A DNA stretch of 42,647 bases, from IMG/VR virus record IMGVR_UViG_3300028797_000097; one strand, given 5' to 3'. Within the stretch, counting starts at the first letter, position 1. The number at the start of each line of letters is the position of its first letter. The position numbers were made by a program, and so were the translations under genes. This document shows, piece after piece, positions 1-8,312 of this stretch. This stretch comes from a virus. Taxonomy: Duplodnaviria > Heunggongvirae > Uroviricota > Caudoviricetes. The notes below the pieces were generated by a model. That model was not told where the DNA came from and ran no database searches. It was given only the letters and a program-made list of their open reading frames with translations.

Positions 1-1
1 A

Positions 2-283
2 GGTTATGGATATAGTTTTCCATTCCATGACCTGGATAAGGTGATTCTCTACCCCATCCTAGGTAAGAAACTAACCCATAAACTCCACCGGAACTGGTCT
101 AAACACCATTATAAGGATGGTGATATAAAGAATAAAGTGGAAGCGATGTTCGACTGGGAATGCGCCAGATTCACCAAACCGGATAAACCATTGGACGCGT
201 ACGATACGTGGAAGAAGTTCTATCCGGATGTGGACATGGCTCCGATTCTAAAACGATTCGGATTCTGGCACAATCAAAATTAA
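2..283 (+). CDS. 5'-truncated HD-like hypothetical protein (DUF5662-like)
   Basis: The frame is open from base 2: ...FPFHDLDK...HRNWSKHH...EAMFDWECAR, an HDxxK/HH/D pattern. Confidence 0.5.
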   Translation, partial: GYGYSFPFHDLDKVILYPILGKKLTHKLHRNWSKHHYKDGDIKNKVEAMFDWECARFTKPDKPLDAYDTWKKFYPDVDMAPILKRFGFWHNQN

Positions 284-303
284 GAGGCTAACTGCCTCTT
301 TTT
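282..303 (+). terminator. Intrinsic terminator
   Basis: aagaggc-taact-gcctctt followed by a T tract, at the stop codon. Confidence 0.7.
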
Positions 304-391
304 CATTCTGCTCGGGTAAAGTCAGTGATCATGATACTCACTGACTGTGACTACATCTGTCAGCTGAATGAAAGAATATACAGAATTATTA

Positions 392-420
392 TTGACAATT
401 CTAATTATTTTTTCTATCTT
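392..420 (+). promoter_or_regulatory. Early sigma70-like promoter
   Basis: TTGACA-N17-TATCTT upstream of GAGG RBS and ATG 441. Confidence 0.7.
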
Positions 421-440
421 TAGAGTATCGAGAGGTTATT

Positions 441-746
441 ATGTCATATACGAAAGAACAAAAAGAAAAAATGTTTCAGAAAATCAAGACGATGAAATCT
501 GGAACGATTGTAGATCTCAACAAGACTGACGTTTGTCCCATCAAGTGTGAATTTAAGTCGAACGACTACGGAATGTGGTTTAAATCGGTTGAAACTGGAA
601 CTGTGATCGTCTGTGCTCGTGGAGTTCCCGGTGATTCTCTGATTCGGTGGTTTGTGGAACGTATCGATAAGGCAATCGATGAATGGGATCTGGTAACGAA
701 ACAGTATTTTATAGATCTGGCACGGAAACAGGGTCTGGATCCGTAA
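441..746 (+). CDS. Hypothetical early protein
   Basis: ORF with GAGG RBS and its own promoter. Confidence 0.75.
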   Translation: MSYTKEQKEKMFQKIKTMKSGTIVDLNKTDVCPIKCEFKSNDYGMWFKSVETGTVIVCARGVPGDSLIRWFVERIDKAIDEWDLVTKQYFIDLARKQGLDP

Positions 747-764
747 TCCGAAACAAAACCATTT

Positions 765-811
765 AATTCCGGGGGTTGACAAGATTCCCGGAATTTTCTA
801 TCTTATAAATA
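765..811 (+). promoter_or_regulatory. Hairpin-embedded early promoter overlapping a late TATAAATA box
   Basis: aattccggg-(ggTTGACAagatt)-cccggaatt, -10 TATCTT at 799-804, TATAAATA at 804-811. Confidence 0.75.
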
Positions 812-829
812 TCTACAAGAGGATATAAT

Positions 830-1195
830 ATGAGTCGTTCTTATCGTAAGGTTGTCAAGTTCCCTGTCTGTTGTGTTGGTCATAAGGGAATCAAGAAGTG
901 GAAGGAAAACTCTCGTCGTGGACGTCGTGCTCGTGAAAAGGAACAGATGAACGGAATCGTGGTTGACGAAGAAGGTTACGACGAAGAAACATGTACTCCA
1001 ATCAAATACCAAAAGGACCGTAGTACCAATGACTGGACTGGTCCGCATGACGGATGGAATACGTATGGACCAAAGTCTGTTGAACGTAACATCGAGGAAT
1101 GGCATAATCTCCCCGAACATCTCAAGGATCTGGAACCTACTCCCGCCCAGATGGAAAAGATTGAAAGGACACGTTACCAGTACTTCCGTAAGTAA
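830..1195 (+). CDS. Hypothetical protein with basic N-terminus (MSRSYRK...)
   Basis: ORF with AGAGGA RBS. Confidence 0.7.
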   Translation: MSRSYRKVVKFPVCCVGHKGIKKWKENSRRGRRAREKEQMNGIVVDEEGYDEETCTPIKYQKDRSTNDWTGPHDGWNTYGPKSVERNIEEWHNLPEHLKDLEPTPAQMEKIERTRYQYFRK

Positions 1196-1219
1196 TTGTC
1201 AGAAAATAACCAAATAAAT

Positions 1220-1257
1220 ATAACCGGGTTTACACAATCCGGTTATTTTTCTATATT
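1220..1257 (+). promoter_or_regulatory. Hairpin-embedded early promoter/terminator
   Basis: ataaccgg-(gTTTACAcaat)-ccggttat-tttt, TATATT at 17-nt spacing. Confidence 0.75.
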
Positions 1258-1263
1258 ATGAAT

Positions 1264-1479
1264 ATGAACATCATCGAACATTACACACCTGAAGAGGAAG
1301 AGGATAAGAACATGAAGATCTATGAAGAGATCGTTCTTCCGTGGACAGTAATATGGTCTGTTGTGGTGTTTGTACTGTTCTGTACTATGGTTTCCGATCA
1401 GGGAAAGTATAACCAAACTCCATCCCATCCAGAATATGAATTACATATCCCATGTAGCGATATGTCTGTAGGTCAGTAA
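1264..1479 (+). CDS. Small membrane protein, probably leaderless
   Basis: One hydrophobic segment. The ATG at 1264 lies about 7 nt after the -10 box and has no RBS. Confidence 0.55.
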   Translation: MNIIEHYTPEEEEDKNMKIYEEIVLPWTVIWSVVVFVLFCTMVSDQGKYNQTPSHPEYELHIPCSDMSVGQ

Positions 1480-1526
1480 TCGGAACCATAATCGCGTTTT
1501 AAACGAGTTTTTAATCAAAGACATAT

Positions 1527-2651
1527 ATGAATCAGCAGGAACTAGAAAACAAGCTTAAACAAGCCCAGGATGCGTATTATAACGGTTCTGAACCAATCAT
1601 GTCAGACCTAGAATACGATGAACTCTGGGATGAACTTCAAACCAAATTCCCTACCTCCAATCTATTGTTTGGTGTAGGCGCGGACCATACCGATGGCTTT
1701 GCAAAAGTCAAGCACTCCATCATCATGGGTTCCCAAGCAAAAGCTAACACAGCAGAGGACATGACCGCGTACTTCCTCAAGAACGGAAAAGGGGTGTACC
1801 TAGCGCAGTACAAGCTGGATGGGTGTTCGATCGCGCTGAACTATGAGAATGGAAAGTTCGTGACTGGCGCTACCAGAGGTGACGGTACAGAAGGTGATGA
1901 CATTACCCGTAACGTTCTCAGGATGAATGGTCTGGTGAAGCAGCTTAAGGAAAGATTCACCGGTACAGTTCGTGGTGAGGTCCTCCTGGATAAGTCCGTC
2001 AAGGAAAAGTATTTCCCCGACATGAAGAACTGTCGTAACGCGGCATCAGGAATCATGAAACACCTGGACGGAAGCGATTGCGAGAAGCTCACCATCAGGG
2101 TATACGATGCGCAATACCTCGATAAGACCAAGTCGTTCGGAACGCAGGAATTCCTGCAGAGCTGGTTACGCGATAACGGATTCATTGTTGCCGAGTATGT
2201 ATGGTTTGATACCAGGAAGATGAAGGATCCCGGTCAGGAAGCGATTGATCTCATCAGATCGGAATTCAGCGAATACAACTCCAGTAACAGGGATTACGAC
2301 ATCGATGGTATCGTGTTCAAGAAGGATGAGATTGACATGCATGACATCCAGACGGAATACAGACCGAAGACCATGGTCGCGCTAAAGCCGAAGTTCACCC
2401 CGAAGGAATCCGTCCTGCGCGACATCGAATGGTGTGTGAAGAACGGAACGGTAACACCTGTTGCGATCTTTGACCCGGTTGAGATTGAAGGGTCCACAGT
2501 ACAGCGTGCCAGTCTGGGTAACATCTCCTTGATGGAATACCTGGGATTGGAGATTGGACACCGCATTACCGTAATCAAAGCTAACATGATCATCCCCAAG
2601 GTGATTCAGGATTTGGAAACTGGGAAGTTCATTACGGGGTATGAATTTTAA
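1527..2651 (+). CDS. ligA: NAD-dependent DNA ligase, N-terminal part (adenylation and OB domains)
   Basis: YY...SD.EYD domain Ia, KLDG active-site Lys, TRGDG..GDDIT, RGE, NCRNAASG, DGIVFK, OB-fold ending KANMIIPKV. Confidence 0.93.
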   Translation: MNQQELENKLKQAQDAYYNGSEPIMSDLEYDELWDELQTKFPTSNLLFGVGADHTDGFAKVKHSIIMGSQAKANTAEDMTAYFLKNGKGVYLAQYKLDGCSIALNYENGKFVTGATRGDGTEGDDITRNVLRMNGLVKQLKERFTGTVRGEVLLDKSVKEKYFPDMKNCRNAASGIMKHLDGSDCEKLTIRVYDAQYLDKTKSFGTQEFLQSWLRDNGFIVAEYVWFDTRKMKDPGQEAIDLIRSEFSEYNSSNRDYDIDGIVFKKDEIDMHDIQTEYRPKTMVALKPKFTPKESVLRDIEWCVKNGTVTPVAIFDPVEIEGSTVQRASLGNISLMEYLGLEIGHRITVIKANMIIPKVIQDLETGKFITGYEF

Positions 2652-2726
2652 TTACGTTTCTTTTTGTCATTTACGGACATGATGACATTTGTTATCTTAC
2701 AACCCGTAAAAACAAAAGGAAATAAT

Positions 2727-2843
2727 ATGGGAAAGATACTTATGATACCGGTTACATTCGCTATTATTGGCATTGCATTCTGCTGTATGGCATCACCGTT
2801 TCTGGTACTGGGTGGTTCGTTTCTCAAAGGATTTATTGGATGA
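2727..2843 (+). CDS. 38-aa hydrophobic peptide between the ligase halves
   Basis: AAAGGA RBS; MGKILMIPVTFAIIGIAFCCMASPFLVLGGSFLKGFIG; ATGA overlap with ORF 2840. Confidence 0.6.
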   Translation: MGKILMIPVTFAIIGIAFCCMASPFLVLGGSFLKGFIG

Positions 2844-3670
2844 GTACATTACAAGAATTAGCAACACAACATAACTGGAATCTCCCTACAGTATGTCCTG
2901 TATGTGGATCCGCACTGGAGCTTTCTCCGAATCACATGCACTTGACCTGTACCAACGAGTTCTGTTCTAGCAGGGCATCAGGTACGATTGCGAAGTGGTG
3001 TTCCACAATCGGAATCAAGGAATTGGGTCTGACCACGATTGAGAAGGTACAGGAGCAAGGATTCTTCTCCAGCATTGGCAAAGCTTATCAGGAACTTGAT
3101 GATACAGCTATTGATGCGTACATGATTCCGTTGCTGGGTAAGAACTGGGCCAACATCAGAAAGGAGTTTGGTGCACACAGAGAGATGTCCCTTGCCCAGT
3201 TCATTGCTGGTTATAACATTGCAGGGATTGGTGAGAAGCAGGTACAGAAGGTAATCGATTTCTACTCCATTAAGGAGTTTGAGGGATTCTTCTGGTCTGA
3301 TAGCTCACAACGATTCGTGTGTGATGGCATCGGTTCTGTATTAAGTCAGAAATTGAGTAAAGGTCTCGAAGTCAATAAAGCTGACATGGAAGAAACCATT
3401 AAGCATATTAGGATTATTAAGCAGGAATTAGCTACAGGTAGTTTGACGGGTAAGAGTTTCTGTTTCACTGGCGCTATGGAATACAAGCGTAAGGACTTGC
3501 AGGACATGGTTACAGCACAAGGAGGTACGAACCTCGATTCCGTTACGAAGAATCTAACCTACCTGGTCATCGCGGATCCTAATTCCACATCCGGCAAGGC
3601 AAAGAAGGCACGCGAACTTGGTATCACTCTGATTTCACCTGAACAGTTCTTGGAAATGATAAATGGGTAA
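2840..3670 (+). CDS. ligA: NAD-dependent DNA ligase, C-terminal part (Zn finger, HhH, BRCT)
   Basis: CPVCG...CTNEFC zinc finger, GIG-type HhH motifs, BRCT (FCFTG...SVTKNLTYLV...KAKKARELGI). Confidence 0.9.
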   Translation: MSTLQELATQHNWNLPTVCPVCGSALELSPNHMHLTCTNEFCSSRASGTIAKWCSTIGIKELGLTTIEKVQEQGFFSSIGKAYQELDDTAIDAYMIPLLGKNWANIRKEFGAHREMSLAQFIAGYNIAGIGEKQVQKVIDFYSIKEFEGFFWSDSSQRFVCDGIGSVLSQKLSKGLEVNKADMEETIKHIRIIKQELATGSLTGKSFCFTGAMEYKRKDLQDMVTAQGGTNLDSVTKNLTYLVIADPNSTSGKAKKARELGITLISPEQFLEMING

Positions 3671-3977
3671 GGGTGTACAGGTTAAGTATCATTCCTTTGA
3701 CGAGAATGGTATGGAAACGACATACGAAAGAACAGTCTGTCGCGTGTACGTTCTGACCATACCTACACCAAACGGTGATGATGATTATTTGGTCCTGGGT
3801 ACAGACCAGAAAACGGAGTATTTGGGTCACCAACCAGATCTAGCAGTTATGATTTCGCCAGATGAATTTAATTTTGTTGAATTTAATGGCAAGACATATC
3901 ACTTACGTAATATCAGTGACCTAAACATTTGCTGTAATGACATTCAAACGGAACTTGATTTGACTGAGATTGACTGA
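3663..3977 (+). CDS. Hypothetical protein
   Basis: ORF overlapping the ligase-C stop codon. Confidence 0.65.
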   Translation: MGKGVQVKYHSFDENGMETTYERTVCRVYVLTIPTPNGDDDYLVLGTDQKTEYLGHQPDLAVMISPDEFNFVEFNGKTYHLRNISDLNICCNDIQTELDLTEID

Positions 3978-3993
3978 ATAAGAAGAAATACAG

Positions 3994-4030
3994 AATCTAG
4001 GGTTACAAAAACTCTAGATTTTTCTATATT
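3994..4030 (+). promoter_or_regulatory. Hairpin-embedded early promoter/terminator
   Basis: aatctag-(gGTTACAaaaact)-ctagatt-ttt, TATATT at N17. Confidence 0.75.
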
Positions 4031-4053
4031 ATGAATATAATAGAGAGGTTATT

Positions 4054-4314
4054 ATGGCAGACACAGCAATGATGAGTGCAGAAGAAATTGAAAAGATTAA
4101 GAAGAGAACGGCAGGTTATCGTAAGTCGGCGATGACCGTTCAGGAATTGCACGACAAATTGGCAAAGTTCATTGAAGAAGGAAATGGCGATGCCATGATT
4201 GAAGTCGATGACGGTTTCGGCGGAGGAAATTGTATTTTCAAAGATGCCAAAGTGTATGTCGGCAGTGCAAATGAAGAACTGTATGGCAAGTGGTGTAACA
4301 TTGATTTCCAATAA
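4054..4314 (+). CDS. Hypothetical early protein
   Basis: GAGG RBS and promoter upstream. Confidence 0.7.
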   Translation: MADTAMMSAEEIEKIKKRTAGYRKSAMTVQELHDKLAKFIEEGNGDAMIEVDDGFGGGNCIFKDAKVYVGSANEELYGKWCNIDFQ

Positions 4315-4326
4315 GGAGAATTAAAT

Positions 4327-4494
4327 ATGGCAAAGAAGAAAATCACCATTGAACTTGACGAACGTGACATGGAAACCTTGCACATCATTGCGGACTATCT
4401 CAACGAAGGTGATTGGGAGAACTTTGAAAGTCCCAAGAAGATGGAACGTGACTGGAATCGGTTTGTTGACCACGTGCATGGAGTTTGGAAGTAA
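4327..4494 (+). CDS. 55-aa hypothetical protein (MAKKKITIELDERD...)
   Basis: AAGGAG RBS; too short for the ORF track. Confidence 0.65.
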   Translation: MAKKKITIELDERDMETLHIIADYLNEGDWENFESPKKMERDWNRFVDHVHGVWK

Positions 4495-4579
4495 TCTGAA
4501 TTTCTTTTTCACCAACCACAACATTTACAATTATATCGAATTTAACTATATTTGATATATCAACAACGGAGATTGAAAC

Positions 4580-4669
4580 ATGGGTATTAGTCAAGAAGAA
4601 TACGAAGAATTCACCAAACGTCTGGAAGAAGAATTGTTCGACGCCATCGATGGTACGGAGGAAAACTAA
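4580..4669 (+). CDS. 29-aa acidic peptide
   Basis: Upstream TTTACA-N17-TATATT promoter and GGAG RBS; MGISQEEYEEFTKRLEEELFDAIDGTEEN; TAATG overlap with the next gene. Confidence 0.55.
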   Translation: MGISQEEYEEFTKRLEEELFDAIDGTEEN

Positions 4670-4941
4670 TGAAGAAGGTTATGTTTATCCAAATCTGTTT
4701 GATTCTCTGCAGTTTTGCATTGATTTTCCAAGGGTGTAGTAGTCAAGATGATCCAATCGAAGCCATGACCAAAAACAAACCACATACCATTATCATTCCG
4801 AATGTGGTCGAATGTAAGGGTCATGTGGAACGAGAAGGATTCAAACCGTTGCCGAAGATGCTGGTGTGTGATGATGGTCGTGTGTTCCATAACATTACCA
4901 ACTACCAAGATGTGATCGAACTGAATCCTCTGCGACAGTAA
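4669..4941 (+). CDS. Putative lipoprotein
   Basis: MKK followed by a hydrophobic stretch and an FQGC lipobox-like motif. Confidence 0.6.
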   Translation: MKKVMFIQICLILCSFALIFQGCSSQDDPIEAMTKNKPHTIIIPNVVECKGHVEREGFKPLPKMLVCDDGRVFHNITNYQDVIELNPLRQ

Positions 4942-4943
4942 AG

Positions 4944-5035
4944 GTTTTTCCATAACCTCCTGATGATGATCGAGATGACTGGGTGAAATATCCCAGTCAT
5001 TTCTTATTTACAAATATTCAGAATTTAACTATATT
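4944..5035 (+). repeat. Intergenic cassette copy 1: 26-nt conserved motif, hairpin, early promoter
   Basis: gtttttccataacctcctgatgatga, then gagatgactggg/cccagtcatttc stem, then TTTACA-N17-TATATT. Confidence 0.85.
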
Positions 5036-5058
5036 TAAAGTATAAAGAAGAGGTTATT

Positions 5059-5361
5059 ATGGAAACCATTATTGAAAAAAGACGTAGTTCTAAGACCTTT
5101 GGTTATGTCGTTGACATGGAAAATGATACCATGATTCTCGATTTCAATTCGTTGGAACCGGCGAAGAAGATGGGATTCCATATTATCCATAATTATGGTT
5201 TCAGCGAATATTTGAAATATGAAGCATCATTGATTACCTGTCAGGTATGTGGAAAAAGAGTGTTCGTATCGTTCGGAGTCGATCGTGTACGTCAACATGT
5301 ACCGAAATATACCGAGGTGATTAAATATTTCGAACAGATATTTGAAACTTTTGTTTCTTAA
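5059..5361 (+). CDS. Hypothetical early protein
   Basis: GAGG RBS; contains CxxC. Confidence 0.7.
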   Translation: METIIEKRRSSKTFGYVVDMENDTMILDFNSLEPAKKMGFHIIHNYGFSEYLKYEASLITCQVCGKRVFVSFGVDRVRQHVPKYTEVIKYFEQIFETFVS

Positions 5362-5422
5362 TCCAACCATTTACAAAAGTCCAGAATTTAACTATATTTA
5401 AGACATAAAGAAGAGGTTAATC

Positions 5423-5566
5423 ATGGAAGACATGACTTGGAAAGAAATTCTGTTCGTCATCATCATTTCGATTGTTGGTGGCTATATGGCCTATAACTAT
5501 GCTGAAAACTATCATGAAGTAGTAGCTGCTGCTAAGGTGATTAACGCACAAAACCAAAACAAGTAG
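5423..5566 (+). CDS. 47-aa membrane peptide
   Basis: Own promoter at about 5370-5398, GAGG RBS, hydrophobic helix. Confidence 0.6.
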   Translation: MEDMTWKEILFVIIISIVGGYMAYNYAENYHEVVAAAKVINAQNQNK

Positions 5567-5575
5567 GACGGAAAC

Positions 5576-5737
5576 ATGTTAATTAAATCCCGTTATAATG
5601 AGACAATCATATCTGACCACATTGAAAGTTTCAAGCGTCCGTATGGTTTGTTTCCATATTATCAAGTGGTTATGAAGTCTGGTGCTAAGCACGTTGTCCA
5701 TCCGGATGAACTACGTAAAGCGTTCCCTGACCTTTAA
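5576..5737 (+). CDS. 53-aa hypothetical protein
   Basis: AGGA RBS; ORF MLIKSRYNE... Confidence 0.5.
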   Translation: MLIKSRYNETIISDHIESFKRPYGLFPYYQVVMKSGAKHVVHPDELRKAFPDL

Positions 5738-5830
5738 TTAGAATCTGAATCTTTTATTTCTTAATCCAACCATTTACAAAACCGCAGAAATAAGCTATAT
5801 TATAAGTGTAAATCAACAGGAGATTAAAAT

Positions 5831-6463
5831 ATGGCAACAATCATTTTTTCTAACATGGGCGACACTGACACTGCGGTTCTGAGAAATCTCTGGAATGGAA
5901 TGCCGGATGTTAAGGTCGTTGAAATCGGTAAGTTCACGAGAAACGCACGTCGTATGGTTGACGAAGCAATCGCTCAAGAAACTGAAATGCTCGTGATGTG
6001 TGGGCACGGAACTCCGGAAGGTTTGATTAATCCGAATTTTACTGACTATGACCGCTATCTGGTTGACAGTCGCAATAAGAATCTGATCAGAGCAAAGTCC
6101 ATTGTCGGCATCTGGTGTCATGCAAAGGATTTCGCGGAACGTTACGGTGTTCGTGGTTTCTGGTCCAGCATGTTCATCAGCAATTTGATGGAAGCTCACT
6201 ACAACCATATCTACAATACCGACGCCGGAACGATTACCCACGACGAAACTATGTTCTGTCTGTTCACGAACTATCTGATTCGTAACAACGTTCCGCAGGA
6301 AAACTGGATTGATGTTCTCTGCAAGTGTGTGGATTTCAACGATCCGGTCATTCGATTCAACTACAGCGGACTCGTTTACTACGCAGAAGCTCCGAAGCCC
6401 AAATACAACTATGACCGCTGGTATAGTGTAATGGGATTTGAAAACACTCGCTGGTGGGGCTAA
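5831..6463 (+). CDS. Hypothetical protein, possible caspase/gingipain-fold (clan CD) peptidase
   Basis: LVMCGHG and IVGIWCHA strand-His-Gly and strand-Cys pattern; own promoter and AGGAG RBS. Confidence 0.5.
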   Translation: MATIIFSNMGDTDTAVLRNLWNGMPDVKVVEIGKFTRNARRMVDEAIAQETEMLVMCGHGTPEGLINPNFTDYDRYLVDSRNKNLIRAKSIVGIWCHAKDFAERYGVRGFWSSMFISNLMEAHYNHIYNTDAGTITHDETMFCLFTNYLIRNNVPQENWIDVLCKCVDFNDPVIRFNYSGLVYYAEAPKPKYNYDRWYSVMGFENTRWWG

Positions 6464-6555
6464 GTTTTTCCATAACCTCCTGATGATGAATGAGATGACC
6501 GAGATTAATTTCTCGGTCATTTCATATTTACAAATCTTCGGAATTTAACTATATT
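6464..6555 (+). repeat. Intergenic cassette copy 2
   Basis: Identical 26-nt motif, stem gagatgaccgaga/tctcggtcatttc, promoter. Confidence 0.85.
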
Positions 6556-6586
6556 ATAGATGTAACGAATAACAAAAGAGGTTAAC

Positions 6587-6817
6587 ATGTCATTGAAGAC
6601 GACGATTGAATGGTATACAACTCAGGAAAAGATGCCTACCGATAAGAGCAACGTTATGTTCGTTATGAAGAACGGAAAGACTCATTGTGGTTATTTCTAC
6701 ATCGCATGTGATATTCCACATTTCTGCTATGTTGACCGTGAATGGAATAATGTTACGAGAGATTGTCATATTCTCGATATTAAACTATGGGCATACCAAC
6801 CGACTGTAACGTTTTAA
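6587..6817 (+). CDS. DUF551-like phage protein
   Basis: W...EKMP N-terminus and WAY near the C-terminus. Confidence 0.55.
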   Translation: MSLKTTIEWYTTQEKMPTDKSNVMFVMKNGKTHCGYFYIACDIPHFCYVDREWNNVTRDCHILDIKLWAYQPTVTF

Positions 6818-6828
6818 TAGAGGCTATT

Positions 6829-7035
6829 ATGTGTGCATATTGTGAAGGTCCAATGACTTTAGCTCTTATTGAACTCGGTGAAATTACAAAAAATAAACAT
6901 GAATATTCCTACATTAAGATTGAAAAGGGTAGGTTAGTTTTCCGTTCTGTCAATAGCAAAACAGGTACGCCAACTGATATTGGTACGAGAGCTAAATTCT
7001 GCATTGAATGCGGAAGAAAATTAACCGAAGATTAA
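6829..7035 (+). CDS. Small zinc-finger protein
   Basis: GAGG RBS before MCAYC...; C-terminal CIECG. Confidence 0.65.
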   Translation: MCAYCEGPMTLALIELGEITKNKHEYSYIKIEKGRLVFRSVNSKTGTPTDIGTRAKFCIECGRKLTED

Positions 7036-7087
7036 TCATTTACAAAAATACAGAATTTAACTATATTATAGACATAACGATGAGGTT

Positions 7088-7405
7088 ATGAATATGAATA
7101 CAACACATTTTGTCATCATGAATCAAATGAACACCACCAACATGATTAATCAAATGAACATGATGCATATAATGCACAACCACAATACACCGGGAACGGT
7201 GTGCACTCTCACTGGTATGGATGTGGTGATTATGATTGTTGGATTCATTCTGCTCCTCTGGGGTGGCATAAAGGTCACGGAATGGCTGCTCGAAAAGACC
7301 TATAAAATGAAGGATCCGATGGGCTCTATCGTGTTTGTCGTCGGAATGTTTGGCTACGTAATCGTCGGTGTCACGGTAATTAGCCTGTTTATGTATCTGA
7401 TTTAA
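7088..7405 (+). CDS. Membrane protein with Met/Asn/His-rich N-terminus
   Basis: Two hydrophobic helices, low-complexity MN repeats, own promoter. Confidence 0.65.
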   Translation: MNMNTTHFVIMNQMNTTNMINQMNMMHIMHNHNTPGTVCTLTGMDVVIMIVGFILLLWGGIKVTEWLLEKTYKMKDPMGSIVFVVGMFGYVIVGVTVISLFMYLI

Positions 7406-7410
7406 CGAAA

Positions 7411-7502
7411 GTTTTTCCATAACCTCCTGATGATGATAGAGGCACCTGGGTGAAATATCCCAGGTGTTTCTTATTTACAAAATATCCAAATTTTTCTATA
7501 TT
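7411..7502 (+). repeat. Intergenic cassette copy 3
   Basis: Identical 26-nt motif, stem gaggcacctggg/cccaggtgtttc, promoter. Confidence 0.85.
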
Positions 7503-7525
7503 ATAGATGTAACACGGAGGTTATC

Positions 7526-7756
7526 ATGTTTAAGAAGTTCATAGAAAGAATCAAAGCAGCATTCACGTTTAAACCGACTGCCATCAAACTCGACCCAAAG
7601 AATTTTACTCCATTTCAATGGAATTTGATTCAGAAGCATGAACGTTTCATTGGGGAAAAGAATCGTAACTATTTCCGTGACCATGCGGAAGATTGGGCTA
7701 AATGCTGGGATGAAGAATATTACCGAGCAAAAACTGCCACAGCAAGAGGTAAGTGA
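7526..7756 (+). CDS. Hypothetical early protein
   Basis: GGAGG RBS. Confidence 0.7.
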   Translation: MFKKFIERIKAAFTFKPTAIKLDPKNFTPFQWNLIQKHERFIGEKNRNYFRDHAEDWAKCWDEEYYRAKTATARGK

Positions 7757-7772
7757 TTAATTTAAAAACAAG

Positions 7773-7809
7773 AATTCAGGGTTACAAAACTCTGGATTTT
7801 TTCTATATT
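7773..7809 (+). promoter_or_regulatory. Hairpin-embedded early promoter/terminator
   Basis: aattcagg-GTTACAaaac-tctggatt-tttt, TATATT at N17. Confidence 0.7.
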
Positions 7810-7842
7810 ATAGATGTAACCAACAAATAAAAGGAAATTAAA

Positions 7843-8007
7843 ATGACACTCGTTTTCGCAATCATCGCAATCGTATGCATCTGTTTTGGGATTTGCCAAC
7901 TCTGTGGCGGCTATGCGGTGGGTTCTGGTTTCGCTGCTATTCTATTTGGTGTGGTATTGGCATTGCAGGAATGCGTTGGCGTCATCGATGTGATACCTAT
8001 GGTTTAA
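7843..8007 (+). CDS. 54-aa two-helix membrane peptide
   Basis: AAGGA RBS; almost entirely hydrophobic. Confidence 0.6.
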   Translation: MTLVFAIIAIVCICFGICQLCGGYAVGSGFAAILFGVVLALQECVGVIDVIPMV

Positions 8008-8023
8008 ATCAAAGGAGTCAAAC

Positions 8024-8215
8024 ATGAATTTTGAAGAATTCCGGAAAATGGTTGTATCTCGTGTCTATGACATGCGATATCCCCACGTGAGTGATGAAAA
8101 AGTGGACCAGATCATTGAAGCACATAGCGATATGATCAGCGATGAATTCGCCGATGATCCTACCGAAGATGGTGCCGACTGGGTTGCTCGTGAAATAGTA
8201 GCGTACTTCATGTAG
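8024..8215 (+). CDS. Small acidic hypothetical protein
   Basis: AAGGAG RBS. Confidence 0.65.
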   Translation: MNFEEFRKMVVSRVYDMRYPHVSDEKVDQIIEAHSDMISDEFADDPTEDGADWVAREIVAYFM

Positions 8216-8278
8216 TAACGTGGTCGGAACCACATTCGCGTTATAAGACCATGTTCTAATTACCCTATATATTTGACC

Positions 8279-8286
8279 TATAAATA
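8279..8286 (+). promoter_or_regulatory. T4-type late promoter
   Basis: TATAAATA upstream of the patatin gene. Confidence 0.7.
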
Positions 8287-8312
8287 TTAAAAACGGTATT
8301 TAAAGGTCATTT

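Noticed and set aside
319-347. Hairpin agtcagtga...tcactgact as a tRNA or ncRNA
   Set aside because: It is a single isolated stem with no cloverleaf and no second copy, which is not enough support.
2652-2839. Intron, intein or frameshift joining the ligase halves
   Set aside because: No recognisable group I/II core or intein motifs. The gap contains its own RBS-led ORF.
4666-7420. Minus-strand ORFs 4666-4953, 5813-6520 and 7061-7420, two of which start at the ATG inside the repeated cassette
   Set aside because: They are antisense shadows of well-supported plus-strand genes. AGGAGG is only 2 nt from the ATG, and the third cassette copy gives only a short ORF.
4944-7436. The repeated 26-mers, or the array A junction repeats, as a CRISPR array
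   Set aside because: Spacing is gene-sized and irregular, and no cas genes are present.
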